Of a stretch of DNA of 64,000 nucleotides, positions 26,585 to 35,787 are shown one piece after another. This DNA is from Flavobacteriales bacterium (lineage in GTDB: Bacteria > Bacteroidota > Bacteroidia > Flavobacteriales_C > GCA-002722245), in assembly GCA_049430665.1 (NCBI GenBank), contig JBMTCG010000001.1, positions 41,742-105,741 on the forward strand, given 5' to 3'. The first letter of the stretch is position 1; the number at the start of each line of letters is the position of its first letter. Under the pieces are notes generated by a model. The model did not search any database. It was given only the letters and a program-made list of their open reading frames with translations, and was not told the DNA's origin. The translations under genes were made by a program, and so were the position numbers.

Positions 26585-28150
26585 TTGAGCTCATCTAAAA
26601 CCATCACCATAGGTTCACGCGGCAGCGACCTCGCACTATGGCAAGCCTACCACGTAAAAGCACAATTAGAATCTTTAGGGCAAACAGTTGAGCTTAAAAT
26701 CATAAAAACCAAAGGCGATCAAATACAAAATCTAAGCTTCGATAAAATTGAAGGCAAAGGTTTTTTCACCAAAGAAATTGAAGAAGAATTATTGGCTGGA
26801 ACCATTGATTTGGCGGTACATTCACACAAAGATTTAGAAACAGAACAACCTGCAGGATTGAAAATTGCTTGCGTCTCTAAACGCGAAGACCCAGCAGATA
26901 TATTACTCATTCGCAAATCGCATTTCGAACCATCTAAAAATTTATCGTTGAAAGAAAATGCCATTGTAGGTACTTCTTCTGCACGCAGAAAATCGCAATT
27001 GTTGGCTTTCAGAAATGATTTGGTGATAAACGATTTACGCGGAAATGTTCCTACCCGAATTCAAAAATTACGCGATGGTAAATACGATGCTATAGTTTTA
27101 GCCGCCGCTGGCGTAAGAAGATTGAAATTAAATGTAAGCGATTTACAAGAATTGCGTCTCGACCCGCGAGAATTTGTTGCTGCACCCGCTCAAGGTGTTT
27201 TGGCTTTACAAATTCGTGAAAACGACAAAGAACTCGATGCCATTTTACAAGCGATGAATGCACCTCAAGTGCAAAAAGAAATTGCAGTGGAGCGCAAGGT
27301 TTTGAATAAAATGCAAGGTGGTTGTCAGCTTCCATTGGGTGTTCATTGCATTCACGAAGATGGCATTTTTAAAACATGGGCAGCTTTGGGGAAGAGTGAG
27401 GGTGAAGTGAAGAGAGTGTATACTGAGGGTGAAAATTATGAGGTTTTGGCTGATGAAATTTTGCAAAAAATTCATCAAGAAAGACCTTCGTTTAAGGTGT
27501 TTGTTTCTAAAAAAATCTCTGCCGATTCATTGTTCAACAAAGCTTTTTTAGGCAAAAATGTTGAGGTAATTGGCGAAGCACTCATCGCCTTCAAAGGCAT
27601 TGATTTTACTGATGTTCCAAAGAGTGATTGGATATTTTTCACCAGTAGAAATTCAGCTCGATTTTTCTTTAAAAAGAATCCTGATATTTCAGATAGAAAA
27701 GTGGCTTGTGTAGGTTCGGGCACTTATCAAGAAGTAGTAAAACACGTTTCAAAAATCGATTTCGTTGGAAATGACGTTGACGTAAGAAAAGTGGGTGAAG
27801 CTTTCGCGAAAGAAGTGGGCGGTGGCATTGCGCTTTTCCCTGTTTCCAACATTACCCGCAGAACCATTCAACAATATTTCAAAAACCCATTACAAGCTTT
27901 AGATTTCCCTACCTACGAAACCTTGGAAAAAGTAGAATTCGAGATTCCTTTTTGCGATGTTTTGGTAATGACTAGTCCGAGCAGCGTTCGCGCCTACTTC
28001 ACCAAATACCCTTTACAAGAAAATCAAAAAGTGGTGGCCATCGGACCAACAACAGCCAAAGAATTAGAACTGTTTGGTGTTAGAAATTACACTCAACCAA
28101 AAATTACTGGAGAGTTAGGATTGGTGGATGAGGTGTTGAAGGCAATGTAG
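26585..28150 (+). CDS. hemC: bifunctional hydroxymethylbilane synthase / uroporphyrinogen-III synthase (HemC-HemD fusion)
   Basis: The N-terminal roughly 300 aa are HemC-like (ITIGSRGSDLALWQA...). The C-terminal roughly 220 aa (FVSKKISADSLFNKAF...) are HemD-like. The 521-aa total equals the sum of the two. Confidence 0.7.
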   Translation: MSSSKTITIGSRGSDLALWQAYHVKAQLESLGQTVELKIIKTKGDQIQNLSFDKIEGKGFFTKEIEEELLAGTIDLAVHSHKDLETEQPAGLKIACVSKREDPADILLIRKSHFEPSKNLSLKENAIVGTSSARRKSQLLAFRNDLVINDLRGNVPTRIQKLRDGKYDAIVLAAAGVRRLKLNVSDLQELRLDPREFVAAPAQGVLALQIRENDKELDAILQAMNAPQVQKEIAVERKVLNKMQGGCQLPLGVHCIHEDGIFKTWAALGKSEGEVKRVYTEGENYEVLADEILQKIHQERPSFKVFVSKKISADSLFNKAFLGKNVEVIGEALIAFKGIDFTDVPKSDWIFFTSRNSARFFFKKNPDISDRKVACVGSGTYQEVVKHVSKIDFVGNDVDVRKVGEAFAKEVGGGIALFPVSNITRRTIQQYFKNPLQALDFPTYETLEKVEFEIPFCDVLVMTSPSSVRAYFTKYPLQENQKVVAIGPTTAKELELFGVRNYTQPKITGELGLVDEVLKAM

Positions 28151-28151
28151 C

Positions 28152-28463
28152 TTAGAATTTCTTCAGTTCCTTTTTAAGCTTTTTCGGACTCTGGCGTGTT
28201 TCAAATATGGTGATGATTTGAATTTCAGCTGATTTTACCCTGTAATAAATTGTAGTTTGTTTGGTCACAACACACTTATGAATTCCATTTTGAAGATTTG
28301 AAATGGGGAATGCGTCGGGATTTACACTAATTATGTCAAGAGCTCTATCGAGTTTACCAATAAATTCCTTTTTTACTTCAATTGACCATTCATTTTGAAG
28401 TCGAATAAGCAATTTATCCAACTTTACCGAAGCTCGCTTAGAAATAGAAACCTTCTTCGCCAT
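28152..28463 (-). CDS. type II toxin-antitoxin system RelE/ParE-family toxin (candidate)
   Basis: 103 aa and basic. The TTIYYRV…IQIITIFETRQSP pattern is typical of the RelE/ParE fold. It overlaps the upstream small gene by 1 nt. Confidence 0.5.
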   Translation of the reverse strand: MAKKVSISKRASVKLDKLLIRLQNEWSIEVKKEFIGKLDRALDIISVNPDAFPISNLQNGIHKCVVTKQTTIYYRVKSAEIQIITIFETRQSPKKLKKELKKF

Positions 28464-28726
28464 TATCTATGCTTAGCCATAAATTTTTGGTAGTCCACTT
28501 TCTCGCCTTTATCTAGCTCTTCAATACCAGCAAGTATCTCTTTCTGCTCAGATGAAGTTAACTCATTCCAAAAATCTACATCCTCCTTTTTGATAATACT
28601 TTCAATCATCTTAATCACCGATGTATTGGTGGTGTGTGAGAGATATTGAATGATATTTAACTTTCTTGTTTGGATATTCATAAAGCGAACAATTATTAAA
28701 TCAAATATAATGCATCTAAGATTCAA
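28463..28726 (-). CDS. putative antitoxin (small acidic protein; likely start at internal Met, MNIQTRK...)
   Basis: Small ORF immediately upstream of, and overlapping, the toxin gene. It is acidic and helical. A palindrome GGGCGAATTCAATTCGCCC at about 28800-28818 lies in its promoter region. Confidence 0.4.
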   Translation of the reverse strand: MNLRCIIFDLIIVRFMNIQTRKLNIIQYLSHTTNTSVIKMIESIIKKEDVDFWNELTSSEQKEILAGIEELDKGEKVDYQKFMAKHR

Positions 28727-28861
28727 ATGAAAGTAAGAGTTGATAATTCGAGGCCAATTGAACTACCTAGTTACCTCAGAAATATCAACAAACACCTGTG
28801 GGCGAATTCAATTCGCCCCTACCATTTTATTTTGTATTTTAGTCCACTTTAAAACTAAAAT

Positions 28862-30181
28862 ATGGGTTGCAGCGGATGCGAAACAGGAAGAGGTAATACG
28901 AATGGCGTACCTACGGGGTGCGGCAATAAGGGTCAGTGTGCTGCTCAAGGATGCAATAAATTCAGCGTTTTCGATTGGTTAAGCAATATCTCGGTTCCTT
29001 CTTCAGAAGAGCCTTACTACGGTGTGGAAGTGCGATTTAAAAACGACAGAAAAAGTTATTTCTGGAATGTAGATAAATTGCCTTTGGCCATTGGAGATGC
29101 AGTAGCGGTGGAAGCTTCACCAGGTCACGATATAGGTACTGTTTCTTTAACTGGCGAACTCGTGAAATTGCAAATGAGCAAGCGTAATTTCCCAGAGAGC
29201 GAAATGAAAAAGCTCTATCGTAAAGCCAAACAAACAGATATTGAAAAATGGAATGAAGCTATTTCTTTAGAAAAAGCAACATTGCAGAAAGCCAGAAAAC
29301 TAGCCATCGACCTCGGTTTAGAGATGAAAATTGGCGATGTGGAATACCAAGGCGATCGTTCAAAAGCTACGTTTTTCTATACGGCTAATGGCCGCGTAGA
29401 TTTCCGTCAGCTCATTAAGCAATATGCTGAGCATTTTCGCATTCGTGTGGAAATGCGCCAAATTGGTGCCCGACAAGAGGCATCTAAATTGGGTGGCGTT
29501 GGTTCATGCGGAAGAGAATTGTGTTGCTCTACATGGTTAACCGATTTTAGAACGGTGAATACTTCCGCCGCAAGATATCAGCAGTTGTCGTTGAACCCTC
29601 AAAAGTTGGCCGGACAATGTGGTAAACTAAAATGCTGTTTGAATTATGAATTGGATTCTTACCTCGATGCAGTGAAAGAATTCCCTCAGGTTAACACCAA
29701 TTTGTTCACCAAAAAAGGAGAAGCTTATCAGGTTAAAACAGATATCTTCAAAAGAATCTTGTACTACGTTTATCGTGAAGATCCATCTGTTTTTCACGCA
29801 GTACCAGTGAGTCGCGTGAAAGAAATTATCGCCATGAATCGTGCGGGTAATCATCCTGAAGATTTATTGTTGATTCCTGTTGCTGATAAAACAACCAAGA
29901 AACCAGAACCCGACTATGCAAATGTAGTGGGTGAAGATGACTTAACACGTTTCGACCGCAAACGTGGTGGTGGCAACGACAACAGAAATAGAAATCGTGG
30001 TGGTGGAGGTGGTAACAACAATGGCAATCGCCGTCCGCAAGGGCAGGGTCAGCCGCAAGGCCCCAACCCAAATCGTCCGCGACCAAACAATAACGGTCCG
30101 CGACCGAACAACAACAGACCAAGACCAAACAACAACAATGGTCAGCGACCAAACAACAATCAACCGCCAAAGCAAGTTTAA
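28862..30181 (+). CDS. PSP1 C-terminal domain protein (RicT/YaaT-like) with Cys-rich N-terminus and low-complexity Asn/Pro/Arg-rich C-terminal tail
   Basis: The conserved PSP1 segment GSCGRELCCSTWLTDF and an N-terminal CxxC cluster. The tail reads RPRPNNNGPRPNNNRPRPNNNNGQRPNNN and is encoded by a DNA repeat at about 30060-30170. Confidence 0.7.
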   Translation: MGCSGCETGRGNTNGVPTGCGNKGQCAAQGCNKFSVFDWLSNISVPSSEEPYYGVEVRFKNDRKSYFWNVDKLPLAIGDAVAVEASPGHDIGTVSLTGELVKLQMSKRNFPESEMKKLYRKAKQTDIEKWNEAISLEKATLQKARKLAIDLGLEMKIGDVEYQGDRSKATFFYTANGRVDFRQLIKQYAEHFRIRVEMRQIGARQEASKLGGVGSCGRELCCSTWLTDFRTVNTSAARYQQLSLNPQKLAGQCGKLKCCLNYELDSYLDAVKEFPQVNTNLFTKKGEAYQVKTDIFKRILYYVYREDPSVFHAVPVSRVKEIIAMNRAGNHPEDLLLIPVADKTTKKPEPDYANVVGEDDLTRFDRKRGGGNDNRNRNRGGGGGNNNGNRRPQGQGQPQGPNPNRPRPNNNGPRPNNNRPRPNNNNGQRPNNNQPPKQV

Positions 30182-30714
30182 TGATTAATGTTCGAAGCCT
30201 AATGTTAAGGAAGTCAGATAAAAGAAAGCAAAATCCATTCATCCTTTTGGCTTTTGCCTTCTTACTTTTTGCTTTAACATCTTGCGACTCTTCTTTGGTT
30301 TACAATGAATCTTACCCGGTAAAAGATTTGAAATGGAACCAGAAAACGCCCTATGTTTTCACCACCGATTCCATCACCGATATCAACCAAGGATACAATG
30401 CCTACATCGATTTACGGGTGAATGAAAACTACGCCTACCGCAACATTTACTTCTTTGTAGAAATTGAAATGCCCAACAAGCAAATCATTAGAGATACCGT
30501 AAACGGATTTCTACAAGATGAAGCGGGCAATTGGTTAGAAGATGTTTCGGGCTTTGGCACCATCAAACAAAAAGAATTTTTGTACCGTCAGAAATTTAGA
30601 TTGCCCTTCGCTGGAAAATACAAATTCTCTATTTTTCAAGCCATGCGTTTAGAAAATTTAGAAGATGTAGAGGATGTTGGTTTTAAACTTAAAACCATAG
30701 AACAAGAGCAATAA
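30181..30714 (+). CDS. gldH: gliding-motility lipoprotein GldH-like
   Basis: Lipoprotein of about 160 aa (lipobox LTSCD). It is located between a PSP1-domain gene and a class A PBP gene. Composition and size fit GldH. No alignment was run. Confidence 0.5.
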   Translation: MINVRSLMLRKSDKRKQNPFILLAFAFLLFALTSCDSSLVYNESYPVKDLKWNQKTPYVFTTDSITDINQGYNAYIDLRVNENYAYRNIYFFVEIEMPNKQIIRDTVNGFLQDEAGNWLEDVSGFGTIKQKEFLYRQKFRLPFAGKYKFSIFQAMRLENLEDVEDVGFKLKTIEQEQ

Positions 30715-30793
30715 ATATTTAGAATACAACGAATAATAAAATACACTTTCAAAGAATAAACACTTTCATAATTTTGAGCAAACAATCACAGCA

Positions 30794-33430
30794 ATGGCAT
30801 TAAAAGATTCAATAAAAAAATACAGCAAGCAACTGAAATGGCTTTGGGGCTTGTTTTTTACTGGTGTACTATTGGTTTTTCTTTTCTTTTACGCTATCTC
30901 AGAATGGGAACTTTTTGGAGCGCTTCCCTCTTTCGATGAGTTGGAGAATCCCAAGAGTAATTTAGCGGCAGAAATTTATTCATCTGATCGCGTTTTGTTG
31001 GGGACTTTCTTCAAAGAAAACCGCTCTAATGTGGAATATAAAGAAATTGCCCCAATTGTAATTAAAACATTGATTGCTACAGAAGATGAACGTTTTTTTG
31101 AACATGCAGGTATCGACCCTCGTGCTTTGGCTCGCGCCATTAAAGGTATGGGTAAAGATGGTGGAGGAAGTACTTTAACACAACAGTTGGCTAAGCTTTT
31201 ATTTACAGAGAAACCTGCCGACAATATTCTAGTTCGTGTGATTCAAAAACTAAAAGAATGGGTAATTGCCGTTCGTTTGGAAAGACACTACACCAAAGAA
31301 GAATTGGTGACAATGTACCTTAATAAAGTCGATTTCATCAACAATGCCGTAGGTATTAAATCGGCTTCAAGAATTTATTTCAGTAAACTACCTAGTGAAT
31401 TGAACATGCAGCAGGCAGCTATGTTTGTGGGTATGTGCGTAAATCCATCACTATACAATCCACTGAGAAAAACCAGAGTTGATACAGTGATTTACAGAAG
31501 AAATGTGGTGATGACGCAAATGGTGCGCAGCAACATTATTACGCAAAAACAACGCGACTCCCTAAAGGTATTGCCGCTAGGATTAAAGTTATCGTTGGCT
31601 TCTCATAAAGAAGGAACTGCTACCTATTTTCGTGAGGAATTGAGAAGATACATGTCCGACTGGTGTTCTAAAAATGAAAACCCTAGCACGGGTAAAAACT
31701 ATGATTTGTACCGCGATGGTTTAAAAATTTACACCACCATCAATAGCAAAATGCAGGTTTATGCAGAGAATGCGGTGAAGAGTCACTTAGGTGGTGAATT
31801 ACAAGATGTATTCTTTAAACACTGGAAAAACAAGAGCGGCATGTACAAAAAAATGGCTCCGTTCTATTTTGAAGGTGTAAATGAAAAGCAATACAAAGAG
31901 CAAGTAGATAAAATTATTGTGGAAGGTATTCGTGCTTCATCGCGCTACAATGCAGAGTTAGATTTGCGTCCGCACATTCGTAAAGCCTTAGCGAAATACT
32001 TAAAATACAAAGACCCTGATAACAGCTATGAAGCTCGTTTAAAATCAATGGAAGAAAACAGGTATTTCTACCAAAGTCAGCTCAACAGCTACAAACGCGA
32101 TACAGCCAACTCTCCGCTAGGTGCAGAAAAAGCAGCAGCATTCAAAGATTCTGTTGATCAATTGAAAGAGAGAATGGAAGAATTGCGCAATGAAAGAAAA
32201 GACATTCAAGAAGATGTAGATCGCGCTTGGAAAGCTTATCAACGCGTTTGGAAACCATTTGATGATTCTATCATGCGCGCTTTCAACAAACCTATTAAAA
32301 CCACTGTCTTTACTTGGAAAGGCGACAAAGATACCATTATGAGTTTGCGCGATTCTGTGCATTACGCCAAATGGTATTTGCAAACAGGTATGTTGTCTGT
32401 AGATCCTCAAACGGGCTACATCAAAGCCTGGGTAGGTGGCATCAACTACAAACATTATCAATACGATCACGTGAGTCAGGGCCGCCGCCAGGTAGGGTCA
32501 ACCTTCAAAGCTTTCGTTTATGCTACTGCGGTAGAGAATGGCTGGGGACCATGCGACAAGGTGTTGAACAATCCAGTTACTTTTCCGCAAGGAATGTATG
32601 GTATACAATCCAGTTGGACACCCAAAAACTCAGAAGTATCAAAGTTAGATGGTGAGATAGTTACTTTAAAAATTGCCTTAGCGAACTCTATCAACAACGT
32701 GTCGGCTTTCTTTATGCACGAATACGGTCCGGAAGCCATCATAGATGTAGCGCGTCGTTGCGGTATCACTTCACCATTGGATATGTTACCTTCAATCTGT
32801 TTAGGAACTCCCGATATTTCCTTGAAAGAAATGGTATCGGCTTACGCTTGTTTTGCTAACAAAGGCGTTTGGGTAGAACCTACTTATATTTTAAGAATAG
32901 AAGATAAAAATGGAAATGTGATTTTCAATTCACACCCTAAAACGCGCGAAGCATTGAGTGAAGAGACAGCATTCAAAATGGTAGAATTGTTATCGGGTAT
33001 TGCGGCTTACGGACCGATTATCAAAGGTGAAAAAACCTACGGTACTGGTATTCGTTTGCGCTCATCTGCAAAACCATATGGTAACATTCCATACTCAATT
33101 AAAATCGCAGGAAAAACGGGTACAACACAAAACCAATCTGATGGTTGGTTCATGGGTATAACGCCCGATGTGGTTACTGGTGTGTGGGTAGGTTGCGACG
33201 ACCGAAGTGCGCATTTCACCTCCTTGCGCTTGGGTATGGGTACCAACATGGCCTTGCCAATTTGGGGATATTATATGAACAGTTTGTACAAAGACAAAGA
33301 CCTCAAAATATCTAAAGATGCTATTGAGAAGCCAGCTAGTTTAAGTGGAGTGCGCTTCGATTGTGAAGAGAAGAATAGCGACTTCAACTTTAATATGGAT
33401 GATATTATTGAAGGTGGCGGGGGGATGTAG
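30794..33430 (+). CDS. penicillin-binding protein 1A paralog (class A PBP)
   Basis: GT51 motifs (ATEDERFFEHAGID; GGSTLTQQLAK). Transpeptidase RQVGSTFKAFVYATA, plus SIN and KTGTT motifs. Confidence 0.85.
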   Translation: MALKDSIKKYSKQLKWLWGLFFTGVLLVFLFFYAISEWELFGALPSFDELENPKSNLAAEIYSSDRVLLGTFFKENRSNVEYKEIAPIVIKTLIATEDERFFEHAGIDPRALARAIKGMGKDGGGSTLTQQLAKLLFTEKPADNILVRVIQKLKEWVIAVRLERHYTKEELVTMYLNKVDFINNAVGIKSASRIYFSKLPSELNMQQAAMFVGMCVNPSLYNPLRKTRVDTVIYRRNVVMTQMVRSNIITQKQRDSLKVLPLGLKLSLASHKEGTATYFREELRRYMSDWCSKNENPSTGKNYDLYRDGLKIYTTINSKMQVYAENAVKSHLGGELQDVFFKHWKNKSGMYKKMAPFYFEGVNEKQYKEQVDKIIVEGIRASSRYNAELDLRPHIRKALAKYLKYKDPDNSYEARLKSMEENRYFYQSQLNSYKRDTANSPLGAEKAAAFKDSVDQLKERMEELRNERKDIQEDVDRAWKAYQRVWKPFDDSIMRAFNKPIKTTVFTWKGDKDTIMSLRDSVHYAKWYLQTGMLSVDPQTGYIKAWVGGINYKHYQYDHVSQGRRQVGSTFKAFVYATAVENGWGPCDKVLNNPVTFPQGMYGIQSSWTPKNSEVSKLDGEIVTLKIALANSINNVSAFFMHEYGPEAIIDVARRCGITSPLDMLPSICLGTPDISLKEMVSAYACFANKGVWVEPTYILRIEDKNGNVIFNSHPKTREALSEETAFKMVELLSGIAAYGPIIKGEKTYGTGIRLRSSAKPYGNIPYSIKIAGKTGTTQNQSDGWFMGITPDVVTGVWVGCDDRSAHFTSLRLGMGTNMALPIWGYYMNSLYKDKDLKISKDAIEKPASLSGVRFDCEEKNSDFNFNMDDIIEGGGGM

Positions 33431-33450
33431 AGACGCAAAATGTTGCGTCT
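33431..33450. terminator. hairpin AGACGCAA-AATG-TTGCGTCT between convergent genes
   Basis: 8-bp perfect stem followed by TAATATTT, lying between the gene ends at 33430 and 33491. Confidence 0.4.
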
Positions 33451-33490
33451 TAATATTTAGAGTGAGTGGGAGAGTGAGTTTGGAGTTAGA

Positions 33491-34366
33491 TTACTTCTCC
33501 TCCTCTATCACCTCTTCTTCCACCAATATTTTGCTATCAGCTGGATTTACAGGTTGAACCTTAGGAACACGAGGTTGTGGTAATTTAGCTGCTAATTTAG
33601 CTGCGATATCGGGGAAATATATCTTCACAATATTGCCCACATTGTTTTCTGTACAAGGAAAAGTAGTGGATACTACACCCTTAGAAATGATTTGTCCGCG
33701 ATGATTGTAAACGGTATAATGAAACTTTAAAATGCGATTGTAATTGTTCTCCGACACCTTCACCAAATCAGATAAGTCATTCTCAATATCCATTTCATTT
33801 AAGAAAACAAATAAGTCGGTTTCGTATTTGCCACCTAAATAACCCAGTAATTTCGGGTCTCTAATCATGGTATTCATAAAACGCGGAGTGCTGTTTTGAT
33901 GGGAAATGATTTGTCCGTTTTGCACTCTTGTACCTTCTTCTCCACCTTGTTTTTTCTGTTGTTTGCTTTCAAATTTCTTTAGTACTGGAGCCAATCCTTT
34001 TCCTTCTTCCTTGGGTTCTTCGGGAATAGGTTCATAGCTTCTGCTGATAGAGCCGTACACGCGACGCAAATCTTTCAAAGAGTCTTCTACCAAGTGAATG
34101 AGAGAAGTGGTGCTGTACAGGTATAAAAATTTATTTTGAAGAGCCGCAGCTGCACCATAACGAAAAGAACGCACAATTTGCGCACTGTTCATGTTAGAGG
34201 TGGTAGCCAATTGATTTTGAATGTTGCACACGTACATGTTTTCCTCGAAAGGAACAATCATCACTTTTTCGAACTGATAAGAAGTGTCAATAAGTGTAGT
34301 ATCCTTTTGTGCATGAAGGCTGCCCAAAGAAAGAAAAAACAAAGTGATGAGAGTAAACTTACGCAT
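33491..34366 (-). CDS. secreted hypothetical protein
   Basis: Signal peptide (MRKFTLITLFFLSLGSLHAQ). No recognisable domain. Confidence 0.4.
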   Translation of the reverse strand: MRKFTLITLFFLSLGSLHAQKDTTLIDTSYQFEKVMIVPFEENMYVCNIQNQLATTSNMNSAQIVRSFRYGAAAALQNKFLYLYSTTSLIHLVEDSLKDLRRVYGSISRSYEPIPEEPKEEGKGLAPVLKKFESKQQKKQGGEEGTRVQNGQIISHQNSTPRFMNTMIRDPKLLGYLGGKYETDLFVFLNEMDIENDLSDLVKVSENNYNRILKFHYTVYNHRGQIISKGVVSTTFPCTENNVGNIVKIYFPDIAAKLAAKLPQPRVPKVQPVNPADSKILVEEEVIEEEK

Positions 34367-34444
34367 ATAACAAGTTTACTCATTATAGAAGCCAACGTTA
34401 GATCGCTCTATGAAATATTACTAACAGTAAACTGTGTATTGTGT

Positions 34445-35779
34445 TTAGAAGAAGAATTTCACCACATCGTTGAAGAGGGCAAATGCCATCAACGCGAACA
34501 GTAAAATCATACCACCCATTTGCGCGTACTCCATGAACTTCTCTCCCGGTTTGCGACGGAAGGTAATTTCATACAATAAGAAGAGTACGTGTCCGCCATC
34601 CAAAGCTGGAATAGGCAACAAGTTCATGAAAGCCAATATCACAGAAAGTAAGGCAGTAATACCCCAAAATTTCTCCCAGTAGCCCGGACCGAAATCATCG
34701 GGAAACAAACTACCCAAAGTACCAAAACTTCCTAAATTGCTTGCGCCTTCTTTGGTGAAAATCAATTTGAATTGTTTTACATAACCTACCAAGGTTTCAA
34801 CCGCTACATCTAAACCTGCAGGAATAGATTCGAAAAAGCCGTATTCTGTTTTCTTGGTTTCAAGGAAAGTAACTGGAGATTGAGGAACAGCACCAATAAT
34901 GCCTTCCTCCGTAACATCGCATTTAACGTGAACCGTATCGGCTTTTCTCAATACAACAAGATCAACCTTTTGCTTTTTATGCTTTAAAATTTCGGTATGA
35001 AAATCAGAAAAATAAAGAGTAGAAACAGTATCAATACCAATCAATTGATCACCTTTTTGCAAGCCCGATTTTGATGCAGGTAAATCGGCAATTAAATCAT
35101 TAATCACAAATGGAATTCTTGGTTGAAAAAGCGCTTGCTTCTTCTCTGCCATCATCGTTTTATGGAAATCGGCAGGCAGTGTAATTACTTTTTGTTCACC
35201 GTTCCTATCAACCGTTACATTGCGCTTTCCATCGAGCATAATCATCAATGTAACATCACGCGTATCTTTAGGTTTTGTGGTATCTACAAAAAGAATTTTA
35301 TCGCCATCTTGAAATCCATTTTGAAGCAACAAAGAATCGTAAGCGTAACCATATTTCGCATTTTCAACAGGAAGATATTCTTGTCCCCACGTAAACAAAG
35401 ACATACTGTAAATTGCCCAAGCTAAAAGTGCATTTACAGTAACGCCCCCAATCATAATAATCAAACGTTGCCAAGCCGGTTTAGAGCGAAATTCCCAAGG
35501 TTGAGCAGGCTCTTTCATCGCCTCCTTGTCCATCGACTCATCAATCATTCCCGCTATTTTCACATAACCACCAAAAGGCAACCAGCCAATACCGTATTCG
35601 GTTTCACCGCGTTTGAATTTGAACAAAGAAAACCAAGGATCGAAGAACAAATAAAATTTCTCTACTTTGGTTTTGAAGAGGCGCGCAGGAATAAAGTGTC
35701 CTGCTTCGTGTAATAAAACGAGAATAGATAAGCTTAAAATTAAACTTACCGCTTTTACAAATATTTCTGAGTATTCCAT
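34445..35779 (-). CDS. rseP: RIP metalloprotease RseP (site-2 protease, M50)
   Basis: HEAGHFIPARLF HExxH motif in TM1, PDZ-like middle region and a C-terminal LDGG motif (ALDGGHVLFLLYE). Confidence 0.85.
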   Translation of the reverse strand: MEYSEIFVKAVSLILSLSILVLLHEAGHFIPARLFKTKVEKFYLFFDPWFSLFKFKRGETEYGIGWLPFGGYVKIAGMIDESMDKEAMKEPAQPWEFRSKPAWQRLIIMIGGVTVNALLAWAIYSMSLFTWGQEYLPVENAKYGYAYDSLLLQNGFQDGDKILFVDTTKPKDTRDVTLMIMLDGKRNVTVDRNGEQKVITLPADFHKTMMAEKKQALFQPRIPFVINDLIADLPASKSGLQKGDQLIGIDTVSTLYFSDFHTEILKHKKQKVDLVVLRKADTVHVKCDVTEEGIIGAVPQSPVTFLETKKTEYGFFESIPAGLDVAVETLVGYVKQFKLIFTKEGASNLGSFGTLGSLFPDDFGPGYWEKFWGITALLSVILAFMNLLPIPALDGGHVLFLLYEITFRRKPGEKFMEYAQMGGMILLFALMAFALFNDVVKFFF

Positions 35780-35787
35780 TGAGTGGC

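Noticed and set aside
27090-27723. Chain of minus-strand ORFs (27090-27335, 27245-27478, 27475-27723) opposite hemC/D
   Set aside because: Antisense to a confident fused CDS with conserved motifs. These are shadow ORFs.
29826-30242. Minus-strand and alternate-frame ORFs (29826-30242 -, 29942-30175 -, 29964-30188 +) rich in Cys/His/Val/Thr
   Set aside because: They lie entirely within the tandem-repeat 3' end of the PSP1 gene, are low complexity, and are produced by the repeat in every frame. These are repeat artifacts, not genes.
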